A stretch of DNA of 64,000 nt from a virus (lineage: Duplodnaviria; Caudoviricetes): IMG/VR virus record IMGVR_UViG_3300035208_005974, positions 1 through 64,000 of that record. One strand, given 5' to 3'. The notes beneath the pieces were generated by a model. The model was given only the letters and a program-made list of their open reading frames with translations, ran no database searches and was not told the DNA's origin. Shown here piece after piece: positions 27,997-38,000 of the stretch. Each line of letters begins with the position of its first letter. The first letter of the stretch is position 1. The position numbers and the translations under genes were made by a program.

Positions 27997-29064
27997 ATGA
28001 CTCGAATTCTTGCGTCAATCGAAACAATCAGCGAATTAAATCCAATTAGTGGAGCAGACAAAATAGAAGTTGCTCGTATAAAAGGCTGGAATGTGGTTGT
28101 AAAAAAGGGACAATTTGAAGTTGGAGACAAAGTCGTTTATTGTGAAGTTGATTCTATTTTGCCAGAACGTCCGGAATTTGAATTCTTAAAAGATAAACAT
28201 TATAGAATCAGAACTGTAAAGCTTAGAGGCCAGGTTTCACAAGGAATATGCTTTCCACTAGATGTTTTAAATAATGGCAATTGGAATCTAAATTATAGTA
28301 TGGATTCTGTTCCATTTGGGTTTGATGAACTAGAAAATGGGTTCGACGTAACAAATGTTCTTGGCATCACGAAATATGAGAAACCGATTCCAGTTAGTCT
28401 TAGAGGTAGAATACGATGTCCAATATTTCGGTTAGCCGTTCCCAAAACAGACGAGACGCGAGTTCAAAACATTCCTGATGTCTTGGAAAGACACAAAGGT
28501 GTTGTATTTCATGTCACAGAAAAACTAGATGGCACGTCGATGTCTTGCTATATAGATCCAGAAACAGGGCTACATGTCTGTTCAAGAAACGTGGATTTGG
28601 CTCCGGATGTCGAGCATAAATGGAATGGAGATTCCTATTGGAAATATGCAATTGATCACAACATAGAAGAAATCCTAAAACAATTGGGCAGCACAATCGC
28701 TATACAAGGTGAATTGTTTGGCAACGGTATTCAAGGCAATCCATATAAGTTAACGGATATTTGTTATCGCGTATTTAACTTCTGGGACATGACCAATCAC
28801 CAATATATTGACGTTGCTACTATGTGGGATACTGTTGATTCGTTTGGTCTGGGAAAAGATTTCTTGGTTCCATATTTGGGTCAAATAACATTGGACCATA
28901 GCGTGGATGATCTTCTTGAGATGGCAACAGGAAAATCGGTATTATCAGATACGTTGCGAGAAGGTTTAGTGTTTCGACCAGAAACTGAAAGTACAGATTA
29001 CAAAATCGGGAGGTTATCGTTTAAGGCAATTTCGACAAAGTACTTATTAGAACGAGGTGAATAA
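27997..29064 (+). CDS. RNA ligase, Rnl2 / DRB0094 family
   Basis: GADKIEVA, YCEVDS, KLRGQVSQG, KTDETRVQN, motif I TEKLDGTS, QGELFG, REGLVFR and SFKAIS. Confidence 0.92.
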   Translation: MTRILASIETISELNPISGADKIEVARIKGWNVVVKKGQFEVGDKVVYCEVDSILPERPEFEFLKDKHYRIRTVKLRGQVSQGICFPLDVLNNGNWNLNYSMDSVPFGFDELENGFDVTNVLGITKYEKPIPVSLRGRIRCPIFRLAVPKTDETRVQNIPDVLERHKGVVFHVTEKLDGTSMSCYIDPETGLHVCSRNVDLAPDVEHKWNGDSYWKYAIDHNIEEILKQLGSTIAIQGELFGNGIQGNPYKLTDICYRVFNFWDMTNHQYIDVATMWDTVDSFGLGKDFLVPYLGQITLDHSVDDLLEMATGKSVLSDTLREGLVFRPETESTDYKIGRLSFKAISTKYLLERGE

Positions 29065-29119
29065 TCAGAAACTATACTATAAACACATTTTTTTATTTTA
29101 TTTTATCGAGGTGCATATT

Positions 29120-30724
29120 TTGTCAAAAATGAATTTACAAAAATATAATGTTTATCCTTCTTTTAGGCCTGGTCAGGAAAAAGCAATAACCCAAATGCTA
29201 AAATCTTGGGAATCAGGAAATAAAATAATTAATTTAAATGCGCCAACAGCTGCGGGAAAAACTCTTGATTTATTTATATTTGGAAAAATATTAGAAAAAG
29301 AATATTTTGTTAGTAATATTTTGTTCACGTCGCCGCAAGTGTCGTTAATTCAGGAAGGCAACCTTTTCGACCTTCCGAAAATAGTTGGCAAACAGAATTA
29401 TGAATGTCTCGGAATTTCTGGATATACTGCGGAAGATTGTCCATTTGGTTCACGAGAACCTGGGTTTGCCCGGTGTTCTGAGTGTCCATATAGGATAGCA
29501 AAAGCTGCCTTCAAAAAGGCAAATTTCCGCGCAACTACTTTCGCTCGGTATCAAGTAGACCCCAGTCTTTACCTTGAAACAAAAGTCCTAGAAGTCGATG
29601 AATCCACAAATTTGCCAAACGCTCTATTGGATTCTGCAACAATAAAGTTAAACATTACTGTTAAGAAAACCAACTTGGCAGAAAGAAAAGAACTCCTAAA
29701 AAAAGAATTATCAAAATTAGACATAAAGGATTACCTCAATGAATATTCACAAGTGTTGCAAAAAAAATTAAAAGAAGTTACCATAAACTGCAAGGACGTT
29801 CGAAAAGACATTATAGGTGCTAATAGAAAATTAACTGCTCGCGAAACAAAAATGCTATCGAAGGTTCGAAAAGAATATAGCTATTATAGAAATAATTTGG
29901 ATTCCTGCAATCAAGCGTTACGATATCTGAGCCTGGAAGTTCCTTATGTACTTACAACAGACAATGAAGAAGTATTTAATGTTAGTACTCGCAGAAAAGA
30001 ATTAACTGTTAGTCCTTATTTTAAATTGCTAGATTGCAAGGTTCCATTTGCTGACCTTGTTGCGAAATTGGATTGCGTGGTTCTGGCATCAGGAACGCCA
30101 ACAACTGAACTTCTAACCAACAAAGCAATTTCTGTTGACGTTATGCATCCAATACCAATTGATCGTCGAACCATATATTACGATCCAGTTGGCGCCATGA
30201 CAAAAGATGGACGTTTCCGATTTGCAAAACCAATGGCTGAAAAAATATCCCAGCTCCATGACATGTTTTCAGAAAAATCAATTGTTCATTGTGGAAACTA
30301 TCAAATAGCAAACCTCATTAATGAACATTTATGTAGGTTACAGCCTAATGTTTTGGTGCAGTTTCCTGGTGAGCGAAATGAAGTATTAAAACATTGGATG
30401 CGATTAGATAATGCGATTTTTCTAAGTGTTGCATTTGAACAAGGGCTAAACCTGGAAGGTCCAGAATATCCTATGAATATTGTAGCCAAAGTTCCTTTTC
30501 CGAATCTTGGAGACGACTGGATACAAGCTCGAAACAAATATGACAATTATATGTGGTATTCCAAAACTGTTGCTATTCAAGTCCAACAAGCTTGCGGTAG
30601 AACAACCAGGACGCCAAAAGACAATTCCATGACATATATTTTAGATGGAAGTTTTGGACCATTGCTCGCAAGGAACAAAAATCTTTTCCAGAAATGGTTT
30701 TTGGATGCACTGGTAATTTGTTAA
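29120..30724 (+). CDS. DinG/XPD-like SF2 helicase
   Basis: FRPGQ, APTAAGKT, Cys cluster (C..CP..C..CPY), VDES, SGT, KVPFPNLGD and QACGRTTR; RBS GAGGTG before TTG 29120. Confidence 0.88.
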   Translation: MSKMNLQKYNVYPSFRPGQEKAITQMLKSWESGNKIINLNAPTAAGKTLDLFIFGKILEKEYFVSNILFTSPQVSLIQEGNLFDLPKIVGKQNYECLGISGYTAEDCPFGSREPGFARCSECPYRIAKAAFKKANFRATTFARYQVDPSLYLETKVLEVDESTNLPNALLDSATIKLNITVKKTNLAERKELLKKELSKLDIKDYLNEYSQVLQKKLKEVTINCKDVRKDIIGANRKLTARETKMLSKVRKEYSYYRNNLDSCNQALRYLSLEVPYVLTTDNEEVFNVSTRRKELTVSPYFKLLDCKVPFADLVAKLDCVVLASGTPTTELLTNKAISVDVMHPIPIDRRTIYYDPVGAMTKDGRFRFAKPMAEKISQLHDMFSEKSIVHCGNYQIANLINEHLCRLQPNVLVQFPGERNEVLKHWMRLDNAIFLSVAFEQGLNLEGPEYPMNIVAKVPFPNLGDDWIQARNKYDNYMWYSKTVAIQVQQACGRTTRTPKDNSMTYILDGSFGPLLARNKNLFQKWFLDALVIC

Positions 30725-31090
30725 CCAAAAGTTATTAATACTATGGAGTATAATATTTGTTGGTGGTTTGATTGGATTCAGATGGAATTTGGATAATCAT
30801 TATTCTAGTGGTAATAATATTCGTAATACCAATAGTCTTGCATAATGTATTAGCATAAGAAATAAAAAAGTATATGAGGAATTTATGTCGATTTCAATTA
30901 GTATAATTGGTTATATGCAATTCATTTTATTTGTATTCTGCATTTTCATGATGCTGTCAATGAATTCATTTGCTGCGATAATCGGTATGTTTGCATTATT
31001 CGTATTGATAGCATTGGAATTTTATATAAAAAATAAAGAAAATAAAGAATAAAAAAAATTAGTATTTTTTATTATTTTTATTTATTTTTA

Positions 31091-31348
31091 CTATTTAGTT
31101 TTGCTATACCAGTGCTTTATTGGAGTTGCTCCCAAATTTGCTATAATTTGATCTAACGTTTCTTCGGTTACATTGTCTTCTTGTGCCCATAAAAATGGTA
31201 TTAATTGTGATCCTCTATAGTCAAATGGAAATAATTGATTGAATCTGATTTCGTTTTCAAGTAGCTGGCCAAATCTCTGGTCTGGCATTGATTCCCAGAT
31301 AATGCATAACTTTTCGCACATTCGTTTGATACGACGTGGATCTCTCAT
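31091..31348 (-). CDS. Hypothetical protein (MRDPxRI...PDxRFGQL phage family)
   Basis: Recognisable small viral protein motif; coupled to the upstream ORF. Confidence 0.65.
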   Translation of the reverse strand: MRDPRRIKRMCEKLCIIWESMPDQRFGQLLENEIRFNQLFPFDYRGSQLIPFLWAQEDNVTEETLDQIIANLGATPIKHWYSKTK

Positions 31349-31521
31349 AGTTCCTCGACGTTTATAATTTCGATGTCTGTTGGATTCATCTCATCGATTT
31401 CAAAATCATCGACGTTGCATGAAGTTGTTGCAATTTCTTCTGCATCTTCTTTGCTTATTGCATCTACAAATACCGTGGCAGATATTGTTGCCACCGAAAA
31501 TAGCGTTACTTTGTATTTCAT
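31345..31521 (-). CDS. Small acidic hypothetical protein
   Basis: Leaderless ATG about 30 nt below the minus-strand TATA; VDAISKEDAEEIA motif. Confidence 0.55.
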   Translation of the reverse strand: MKYKVTLFSVATISATVFVDAISKEDAEEIATTSCNVDDFEIDEMNPTDIEIINVEEL

Positions 31522-31549
31522 AGTTATCAAGTTAGTGTTAGTATAGACG

Positions 31550-31592
31550 TATAAGTAGTTTTTGGTTATTATGACCAAAAAGTATAAATACT
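31550..31592. promoter_or_regulatory. Back-to-back divergent BRE-TATA promoters
   Basis: tataagtagtttttggtt / gaccaaaaagtataaatact. Confidence 0.65.
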
Positions 31593-31626
31593 ATATTGGT
31601 TAATATACGTGTTAGGGATGATTATT

Positions 31627-31878
31627 ATGTCTGAAAAATTATCGGAACTTGTGGAAAAACTAGAGAAGGAAAATGACGCATATAACAAAATAATAACAAA
31701 TTGCATGTTAATTGATTACAAATATTTTACTGAGCATATAGAATATTTCAAAACTATTGGATTAAATCAGACATTATCATATTGTCCATTTCCTTATGGT
31801 TGTAATTATTTCAAAACGTGTTCAGAAACCAAATGTGATTGTGATGTATGTGATAATGGATATCCAAGAAGATTTTAA
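31627..31878 (+). CDS. Cys-rich hypothetical protein; its stop codon forms the IS target
   Basis: ORF ends ...TTTTAA immediately before the IS left end. Confidence 0.55.
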   Translation: MSEKLSELVEKLEKENDAYNKIITNCMLIDYKYFTEHIEYFKTIGLNQTLSYCPFPYGCNYFKTCSETKCDCDVCDNGYPRRF

Positions 31879-32016
31879 CCTTGTAGGATTGCGAAGGACG
31901 AAGCGGGAAGTCCCCATCCTTCAGGGTGGGGATGAAAGCGGAGTCCTTTGCCCACGTTTCTGCCTACCAATAACTATTTAAGGAAATAATGTGATACACA
32001 TGTTTTGGTAAAACCA

Positions 32017-32427
32017 ATGGAATACAAGCTCGATAAGTCTGCGCACTCCGTGTACTCACTTCACTATCACTTAGTGGTAGTCATCAAGTACAGGAGGAAA
32101 GCACTCTATGATGAAGAGATTCGAGAGAGGCTAAAGCAGATCATTTGGAGCTTGACAGATGAACTTGGAATAGAAATACTAGCACAGGAACCCGCCGAAG
32201 ATCATCTTCATATACTGTTCACCGCGACACCTACAACCAACTTATCCAACGTCGTGAATGTAATCAAGGGCGTCACAGCCAGACGACTCAGACAAGAATT
32301 TCCGCAGACTAAGGAATTCCTTTGGGGTGACTCGTTTTGGTCCAACTCATATTTCATTGCCAGCACAGGGCAGGTATCTCTTGATGTCTTGATGCAGTAT
32401 GTAGAGTCTCAGATGGAGAAAGTATGA
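32017..32427 (+). CDS. tnpA: Y1 HUH transposase
   Basis: HSVYSLHYHLV, DHLH, IKGVTAR, FWSNSYF and YVESQ. Confidence 0.95.
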   Translation: MEYKLDKSAHSVYSLHYHLVVVIKYRRKALYDEEIRERLKQIIWSLTDELGIEILAQEPAEDHLHILFTATPTTNLSNVVNVIKGVTARRLRQEFPQTKEFLWGDSFWSNSYFIASTGQVSLDVLMQYVESQMEKV

Positions 32428-33611
32428 TTGTAAGCTACAAATATCCTATCTTCCCGAACAAGATCACACAATGGATGTTAGCGGAGAATTTGGATGCTTG
32501 TAGGTGGCTCTATAATCGGCTTCTCCAAGACCTGAATGAAGCAAAAGAAAAAGGCATCAAGCTCAAGACCTATGATACTCAGAGCATGATCCCATCCCTG
32601 AAGCTTGAGAATCCTAAGCTGAATCTGGTCTATTCCAAAGTCCTCCAGATGGTGAATTACACTCTTTGGTCTAACATTAAAGGCCTCTTTGCATCAAAGA
32701 AGAACGGTCGGAAGGTCGGTCATATTCGCTTCAAAGGGTATGGTTGGTACAATACCCTGAATTACAACCAGTCCGGATTCAAAATCGATCTAGATCATAA
32801 CATATTGCATCTCTCCAAGATCGGAGAAATGCGGATCAAGATCTATCGAAAGATCGAAGGTTCCATCAAAGCTATCATAATCAAGAGAGAAGGCGAGAGA
32901 TGGTTTGCCATAGTCCAGGCTGATCAAGAACCACAGCAGTTACCAGAAACCGAGGAAGCAGTAGGTCTGGATGTCGGTTTGACTTCCTTCGTGGTTGACT
33001 CCGTTGGCAATGAGATAGAGAATCCAAGATGTGCCAAGCAATCTGCTGATAAACTGGCAAGACTGCAACGAAGACTAGCCAGAGCGGTGCGGGGATCGAA
33101 TAACTATAGAGCGATCAAGGATAAGATTGCCAAATTGCATAGGAGAATCAACTGCCAACGAGATGATTTCCTGCATAAGCTCTCCCGGATGTATGTCAAT
33201 AACTTCGATATTATTTGCGTCGAGGATCTTGATGTCAAAGGTCTAATAGAGAAAGGCCATAATAACGGTATACATCGCAGCATTCATGATGCATCCTGGT
33301 CTAAGTTCATATTCATGCTTTCGTACAAGGCTCAAAGTGCTGGTCGAGAGTTGATAAAAGTAGATCCCAGGAACACCACTCAAAGGTGTTCTGCTTGTGG
33401 AAGCATTGTAAAGAAAGATCTGTCGGTACGAGTACATGAGTGCCCCTATTGCGGATTCTCATGTGATCGAGACTACAATGCTTCCAGGAACATACTCATC
33501 ACAGGGATGGAACAGCCCGTAGCGCCCATAGAACCAAAACCACTACATCACATATCCGTGGTGCAAGTTTTGGCGATGAAGTGGGAAGCCGCGCCCTTCA
33601 GGACGCGGTAG
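32424..33611 (+). CDS. tnpB: RNA-guided endonuclease TnpB
   Basis: RuvC residues intact (GLDVG, VEDL, DRDYNAS); Zn ribbon CSAC/CPYC. Confidence 0.95.
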   Translation: MIVSYKYPIFPNKITQWMLAENLDACRWLYNRLLQDLNEAKEKGIKLKTYDTQSMIPSLKLENPKLNLVYSKVLQMVNYTLWSNIKGLFASKKNGRKVGHIRFKGYGWYNTLNYNQSGFKIDLDHNILHLSKIGEMRIKIYRKIEGSIKAIIIKREGERWFAIVQADQEPQQLPETEEAVGLDVGLTSFVVDSVGNEIENPRCAKQSADKLARLQRRLARAVRGSNNYRAIKDKIAKLHRRINCQRDDFLHKLSRMYVNNFDIICVEDLDVKGLIEKGHNNGIHRSIHDASWSKFIFMLSYKAQSAGRELIKVDPRNTTQRCSACGSIVKKDLSVRVHECPYCGFSCDRDYNASRNILITGMEQPVAPIEPKPLHHISVVQVLAMKWEAAPFRTR

Positions 33612-33664
33612 TTCACTCATAATACGAAAGGCGAACTTGTGACAATCTACTAAAAGGAATTATA

Positions 33665-34672
33665 ATGATAATAAAAAAGAAAAAGTTGTATGAAAATAAG
33701 TTTTATCTAGAAGAGCAATATATAAAAAATAAAAAATCTATGCAAATAATTAGTGAAGAAATTGGATGTTCAATAGATACTGTATATAGATGGTTGCTTA
33801 GGCATGGTATACCAGTTCGTAGTAAATCCGAAGCATTAAAAGGAAAAATAACTTGGTCAACTGGATTAACAAAAGAAACTGATCCTAGACTTATGAAAAT
33901 ATCAATGGATGCAAAACAGCGTTATATTGATCATCCAGAAATAATAGATATTCAATCTAAGAAAATGAAATTAAAATGGGAAGATGTTGATTGGCGAAAC
34001 GAAATGATATCAAAATTAAATATTGCTGCTCAACGTTCTGATGTAGTAGAAAAGAGACGTATAAATGGTATAAAGTTTTCCAAAAATTTTGAAGCACATG
34101 AAAAGATATCAAAATCTGTTTTAAAATTATGGGAAGACCCTGAATGGAGAGCTAGAAATATTGCTTCTATAAGAACGCCTGAAATTAGATATGCTAGATC
34201 TGTTCGTATGACAAACATGTGGAAAGATCCAGAAAAAAGAAAATTGGTTTCTGAAAAAATAAGTAAAACTATTGGAAGCATAGAATACCAAGAAAAGGTT
34301 TGTTACGATTTTAGTAGAAGACCAAATAGCATAGAACAATTATTATTTAATTATCTAATAATTTATCAAGGTTGGGAATATTCAGGTGATGGTTCATTTT
34401 GGGTTAATTTAGAAAATGGACATATGAAAAATCCTGATTTTATAAATGAACACGAAAGTAAAGTAATTGAAGTATTTGGAGATTATTGGCATGATGAATC
34501 TGAAGTTAAACCTTTAATAGCAGCATATCAACGAGTATGTTTAGACTGCTTTATAATATGGGAACATGAAATGAAAAACATGGAAAGTTTGCATGAAAAT
34601 AAAGCACTTGAGGATTTTTTGGCTACGGAAGCATATTTTATAGACAATTATGATGAGTGGCATGAAAGATGA
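33665..34672 (+). CDS. Free-standing putative homing endonuclease (HTH + helical repeats + Vsr/DUF559-like nuclease)
   Basis: N-terminal HTH, repeated WxDPEWR units, PDF..VIEVFGDYWH..IIWEHE; overlaps the polB start. Confidence 0.75.
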   Translation: MIIKKKKLYENKFYLEEQYIKNKKSMQIISEEIGCSIDTVYRWLLRHGIPVRSKSEALKGKITWSTGLTKETDPRLMKISMDAKQRYIDHPEIIDIQSKKMKLKWEDVDWRNEMISKLNIAAQRSDVVEKRRINGIKFSKNFEAHEKISKSVLKLWEDPEWRARNIASIRTPEIRYARSVRMTNMWKDPEKRKLVSEKISKTIGSIEYQEKVCYDFSRRPNSIEQLLFNYLIIYQGWEYSGDGSFWVNLENGHMKNPDFINEHESKVIEVFGDYWHDESEVKPLIAAYQRVCLDCFIIWEHEMKNMESLHENKALEDFLATEAYFIDNYDEWHER

Positions 34673-37239
34673 AACTACAAGTATTTGACATAAATTATAT
34701 AAGCGACACTGAAAGAAATCCAATTATTCAATTATTTTGCATAGATGAATTTGGAATGAGTAAAGTAATTAGAGTTTATGGTTTTAGACCATATTTTTAT
34801 GCAACATCATCAAACATTGAAAAAACAAAAGAAGACTTATCAAAAGTTAATTTAGAGTTTGAAGACGTTAGTTTTTTCAAACCCATTGGATATCAATCAG
34901 AACCAACAAAAATGCTTAAAATATATACAATATCCCCGCGAGATGTTCGAGAAACAAGGGAAATTATACGATCATATCCTAACGTGACTAACATCTATGA
35001 AGCAGATATTTTATTTCATGAACGATTTGCAGCAGATACAGGAATACAAAGTTTTAAGTGGATAGAAGTTAATTCAGATGATGTATATTATAAAAACATT
35101 GAAGTAATACAAAATATTGAAGATGTACCATTGCGTATATTATCCTTGGATATAGAATGCATGATACCTGAAGATGGTACAATACCTAAGCCTGAAAAAG
35201 ATTCTATAACTTTGGTTAGTTTAGCATTCAATACAAATTACAATAATGTAGATAATATTGTACTTATTGCAAAAAAAATTGATTGTACTAGAAATGATAC
35301 AATTTCTTGTGAAAATGAAAAAGATTTACTGAACAAATTAATAAAAATAATAAAAAATTATGATCCAGACATAATAACTGGTTATAATATTGGACCATTT
35401 GATCTAAATTATATTGACGTTAGATCAAAAGTAAACAATATAAGATTTAATATTGGTCGAGATAATAGTTTATTATATATAAAACAATTTGGGTTAGAAA
35501 AAGAAGCTATTGTACCAGGTAGAGTTATTATCGATACATTACCAATGGTTCGAAGAAATTATAGCCTAAAGCAATATACTTTAAAAAACGTAGCCAACGA
35601 ATTGTTACATTTACAAAAGCTAGATGTTCCTGCTAAAAAAATGCGAGAATACTGGTTATCAAATGGAGAAGAATTCATAAAATTTATAAAATATTCTCGC
35701 AGGGACGCAGTTCTTGGATTATCATTATTACAAGACCTTGGAATGCTTCAAAAATATATAGCTTTATCAAAAGTTACTGGAGTACTATTACAAACAGTTG
35801 TTAATAGTGGGCAAACATCAATATTAGAATTCATGATCTTACAGCGATTTAATGCAAAAAATCGTGTTGTAAATATGAAACCACATATTGAAGGCAATAA
35901 AGAAGATCGAGAATCAGAATTTCAAGGTGCTTATGTTTCAAAACCCAAGAAATCGTTGTGTGAAAACATAATATTAACTGATATGCAAAGTCTATATCCA
36001 TCCATTATTATTAGATATAATTTATGTCCTACGACTGTAATAAAGGATGAAGAACACAACGATATTATAACAAGCCCAGACGGAACAAGATTCATTACTT
36101 CAGTTCGTGGAATATTACCTGAAATGCTCGATGAATTACTAAAGAAGCGTTTGGAAACAAAAGCTAAAATGAAAATCACAAAAGATAAACACGAATATGA
36201 TATATTAGATAGTATTCAATATAGTTATAAAATATTGCTTAATTCAGCATACGGCTTATGTGGATATCCTAGATCAAGAACATTTGCTATGTCAGTTGCT
36301 AGTTCTGTTACAGCATATGGACGTGAAACAATTAAAAAAGTTAGGAATGATATTGAAAACATTAAAGACCTTGAAATAAATAATAAAAAATTTAATTTTG
36401 AAGTAATATATACTGATACCGATTCAGCTTATATTGAATTAATTTGTTCCGATAATATAACATATAATGATGCAAACGTAGTTGGAAATGAAGTTACTCA
36501 AATGGTTTCCAAACCAATGTCTTATCCAATGAAACTTAATTATGAAGGATATGCTTCTAGGGCTTTATTTTTAACCAAAAAACGTTATGCAATGAATATG
36601 ATAACCCAAAAAGAAGGAAAAATAAACCAAACCATAAAAGTAAAAGGTATAGAAGTTGTGAGAAGAGATTGGTGTCAATTAATTGGAGAAACATTAACAA
36701 AAGTTCTTGAATTGATATTACAAGACGGAGATCCATATAAAGCATGGCAATATGCAAATAGTATCATAGAACGTTTATTATCATTACGAGATATTCGTGA
36801 TGATGTAGAATTTGCTGATAAATTGATATTGAGTCGAAAAATAGGAAATTTGTCAGGATATAAAAATATTCAGCCCCATACAACAGTTTATAAGAAAATT
36901 GTTGCACGTGGCGAAGAGCCGCCTGGCTTGGGAGACCGTATCCAGTACTATGCCTTACCAGGAGCTTCTTCTGCAAATTATGGTGGCATAAGTCAATGCG
37001 TCGATACACCAGAATTTGTAAGGAATACAGACGGTCGTATAGACAACAATTGGTATGTCACCCATCAAATTATACCACCACTAGAACGCATATTTGAATG
37101 TATCGGTATTTCAATCCAGACCGGTAAAAAACTAGAAAAAGAATCAAGTTTATTTGAATTTTCCGAAACAGACGATCAGAAACCAAAAACCGTATTAACC
37201 CCAAAACAGACCAAAACTGGATTGTTTGCATTCACTTGA
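34669..37239 (+). CDS. polB: Family B DNA polymerase with proofreading exonuclease
   Basis: DIEC, GYNIGPFD, YSRRDA, DMQSLYPSII, KILLNSAYG, YTDTDS, KKRY and VRRDW; no intein seen. Confidence 0.97.
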   Translation: MKLQVFDINYISDTERNPIIQLFCIDEFGMSKVIRVYGFRPYFYATSSNIEKTKEDLSKVNLEFEDVSFFKPIGYQSEPTKMLKIYTISPRDVRETREIIRSYPNVTNIYEADILFHERFAADTGIQSFKWIEVNSDDVYYKNIEVIQNIEDVPLRILSLDIECMIPEDGTIPKPEKDSITLVSLAFNTNYNNVDNIVLIAKKIDCTRNDTISCENEKDLLNKLIKIIKNYDPDIITGYNIGPFDLNYIDVRSKVNNIRFNIGRDNSLLYIKQFGLEKEAIVPGRVIIDTLPMVRRNYSLKQYTLKNVANELLHLQKLDVPAKKMREYWLSNGEEFIKFIKYSRRDAVLGLSLLQDLGMLQKYIALSKVTGVLLQTVVNSGQTSILEFMILQRFNAKNRVVNMKPHIEGNKEDRESEFQGAYVSKPKKSLCENIILTDMQSLYPSIIIRYNLCPTTVIKDEEHNDIITSPDGTRFITSVRGILPEMLDELLKKRLETKAKMKITKDKHEYDILDSIQYSYKILLNSAYGLCGYPRSRTFAMSVASSVTAYGRETIKKVRNDIENIKDLEINNKKFNFEVIYTDTDSAYIELICSDNITYNDANVVGNEVTQMVSKPMSYPMKLNYEGYASRALFLTKKRYAMNMITQKEGKINQTIKVKGIEVVRRDWCQLIGETLTKVLELILQDGDPYKAWQYANSIIERLLSLRDIRDDVEFADKLILSRKIGNLSGYKNIQPHTTVYKKIVARGEEPPGLGDRIQYYALPGASSANYGGISQCVDTPEFVRNTDGRIDNNWYVTHQIIPPLERIFECIGISIQTGKKLEKESSLFEFSETDDQKPKTVLTPKQTKTGLFAFT

Positions 37240-37252
37240 ATGAGGACCTTAT

Positions 37253-37480
37253 ATGACTAATTGGATCAATGTTAACAAAGAATTACCGGAATCTAGAACA
37301 CTTGTCTGGATTCACGTAACCTATAATAAATGTTTGTATGATGATGTAACAGAAAGGATTAGCATTGGAACATACCAAGAAGGTTATTGGCATGATTGGC
37401 TAGACGTTCATTTTGCTGACGACTATGATGTAACTCACTGGATGTCGTTAGAATGGCCAGAAAAACCTGAAGGTGCTTAA
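37253..37480 (+). CDS. DUF551 family protein
   Basis: WINVNKELPE ... VTHWMSL..PE. Confidence 0.75.
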   Translation: MTNWINVNKELPESRTLVWIHVTYNKCLYDDVTERISIGTYQEGYWHDWLDVHFADDYDVTHWMSLEWPEKPEGA

Positions 37481-37723
37481 TTTGTCAGAACGAACAGATA
37501 GCCTATTGGTTTGCCGAGCTGACAAAAGCTCTTTAACCGAAATCATGGACACTACTAATGATACAATAGAAAAAATAATAATAAAATATAAATCTGGTCA
37601 TACTATAATCATAAAAACATGAACCAAAAAGTTTAAATACTAAGTAATTTAAAGTAGTTTTATAATATCGCCCTAAGATAAATGTAGCAAATCTATTTTT
37701 TATAAATTTTTTTGGAGAAGCTT

Positions 37724-37984
37724 ATGTCAGAAACTGGAGATCAAATAAGGCAATTTAATAAAATTGCAATTTCGTATCGAACGGATATAAAAACACTAAA
37801 CGACATACTGGATTCCTGGAAGTTGGAAAAGACTTCCGTTGATGACCTCGCAGAACAAATAAAAAGTTCTGTTAAAAATGCTGCAGAAATTTCTATCAAA
37901 GTCAATGAAAACAACCAATATCTTGTGGAATTCACATTCAAGCCAATAATGGTGTCATTGATCATTGACAAACACAATCATTAA
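37724..37984 (+). CDS. Hypothetical protein
   Basis: Promoter motif at 37622; RBS GGAG. Confidence 0.5.
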   Translation: MSETGDQIRQFNKIAISYRTDIKTLNDILDSWKLEKTSVDDLAEQIKSSVKNAAEISIKVNENNQYLVEFTFKPIMVSLIIDKHNH

Positions 37985-38000
37985 ATTGAGGATAAATAAC

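Larger units (their letters stand above)
31879..33616 (+). mobile_element. IS200/IS605-family element (tnpA + tnpB), inserted 3' of TTAA
   Basis: Left hairpin ccccatcc-ttca-gggtgggg preceded by guide AAGT (predicts TTAA). Right hairpin after GAAG ends in TCAC at 33616. GC higher than flanks. Confidence 0.9.

Noticed and set aside
31796-31981. 61-aa ORF across the IS left end
   Set aside because: Chance frame spanning the insertion junction and terminal hairpin.
31860-33652. Alternative IS junction after TTTA that would extend the upstream gene (RRFYHNTKGELVTIY)
   Set aside because: The left guide AAGT predicts TTAA by the same pairing rule that correctly gives TTAG for the 60 kb element. 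Not fully excluded without the empty allele.
34669-37239. Inteins or introns in polB (and nrdD)
   Set aside because: Both are of normal length with contiguous motifs.
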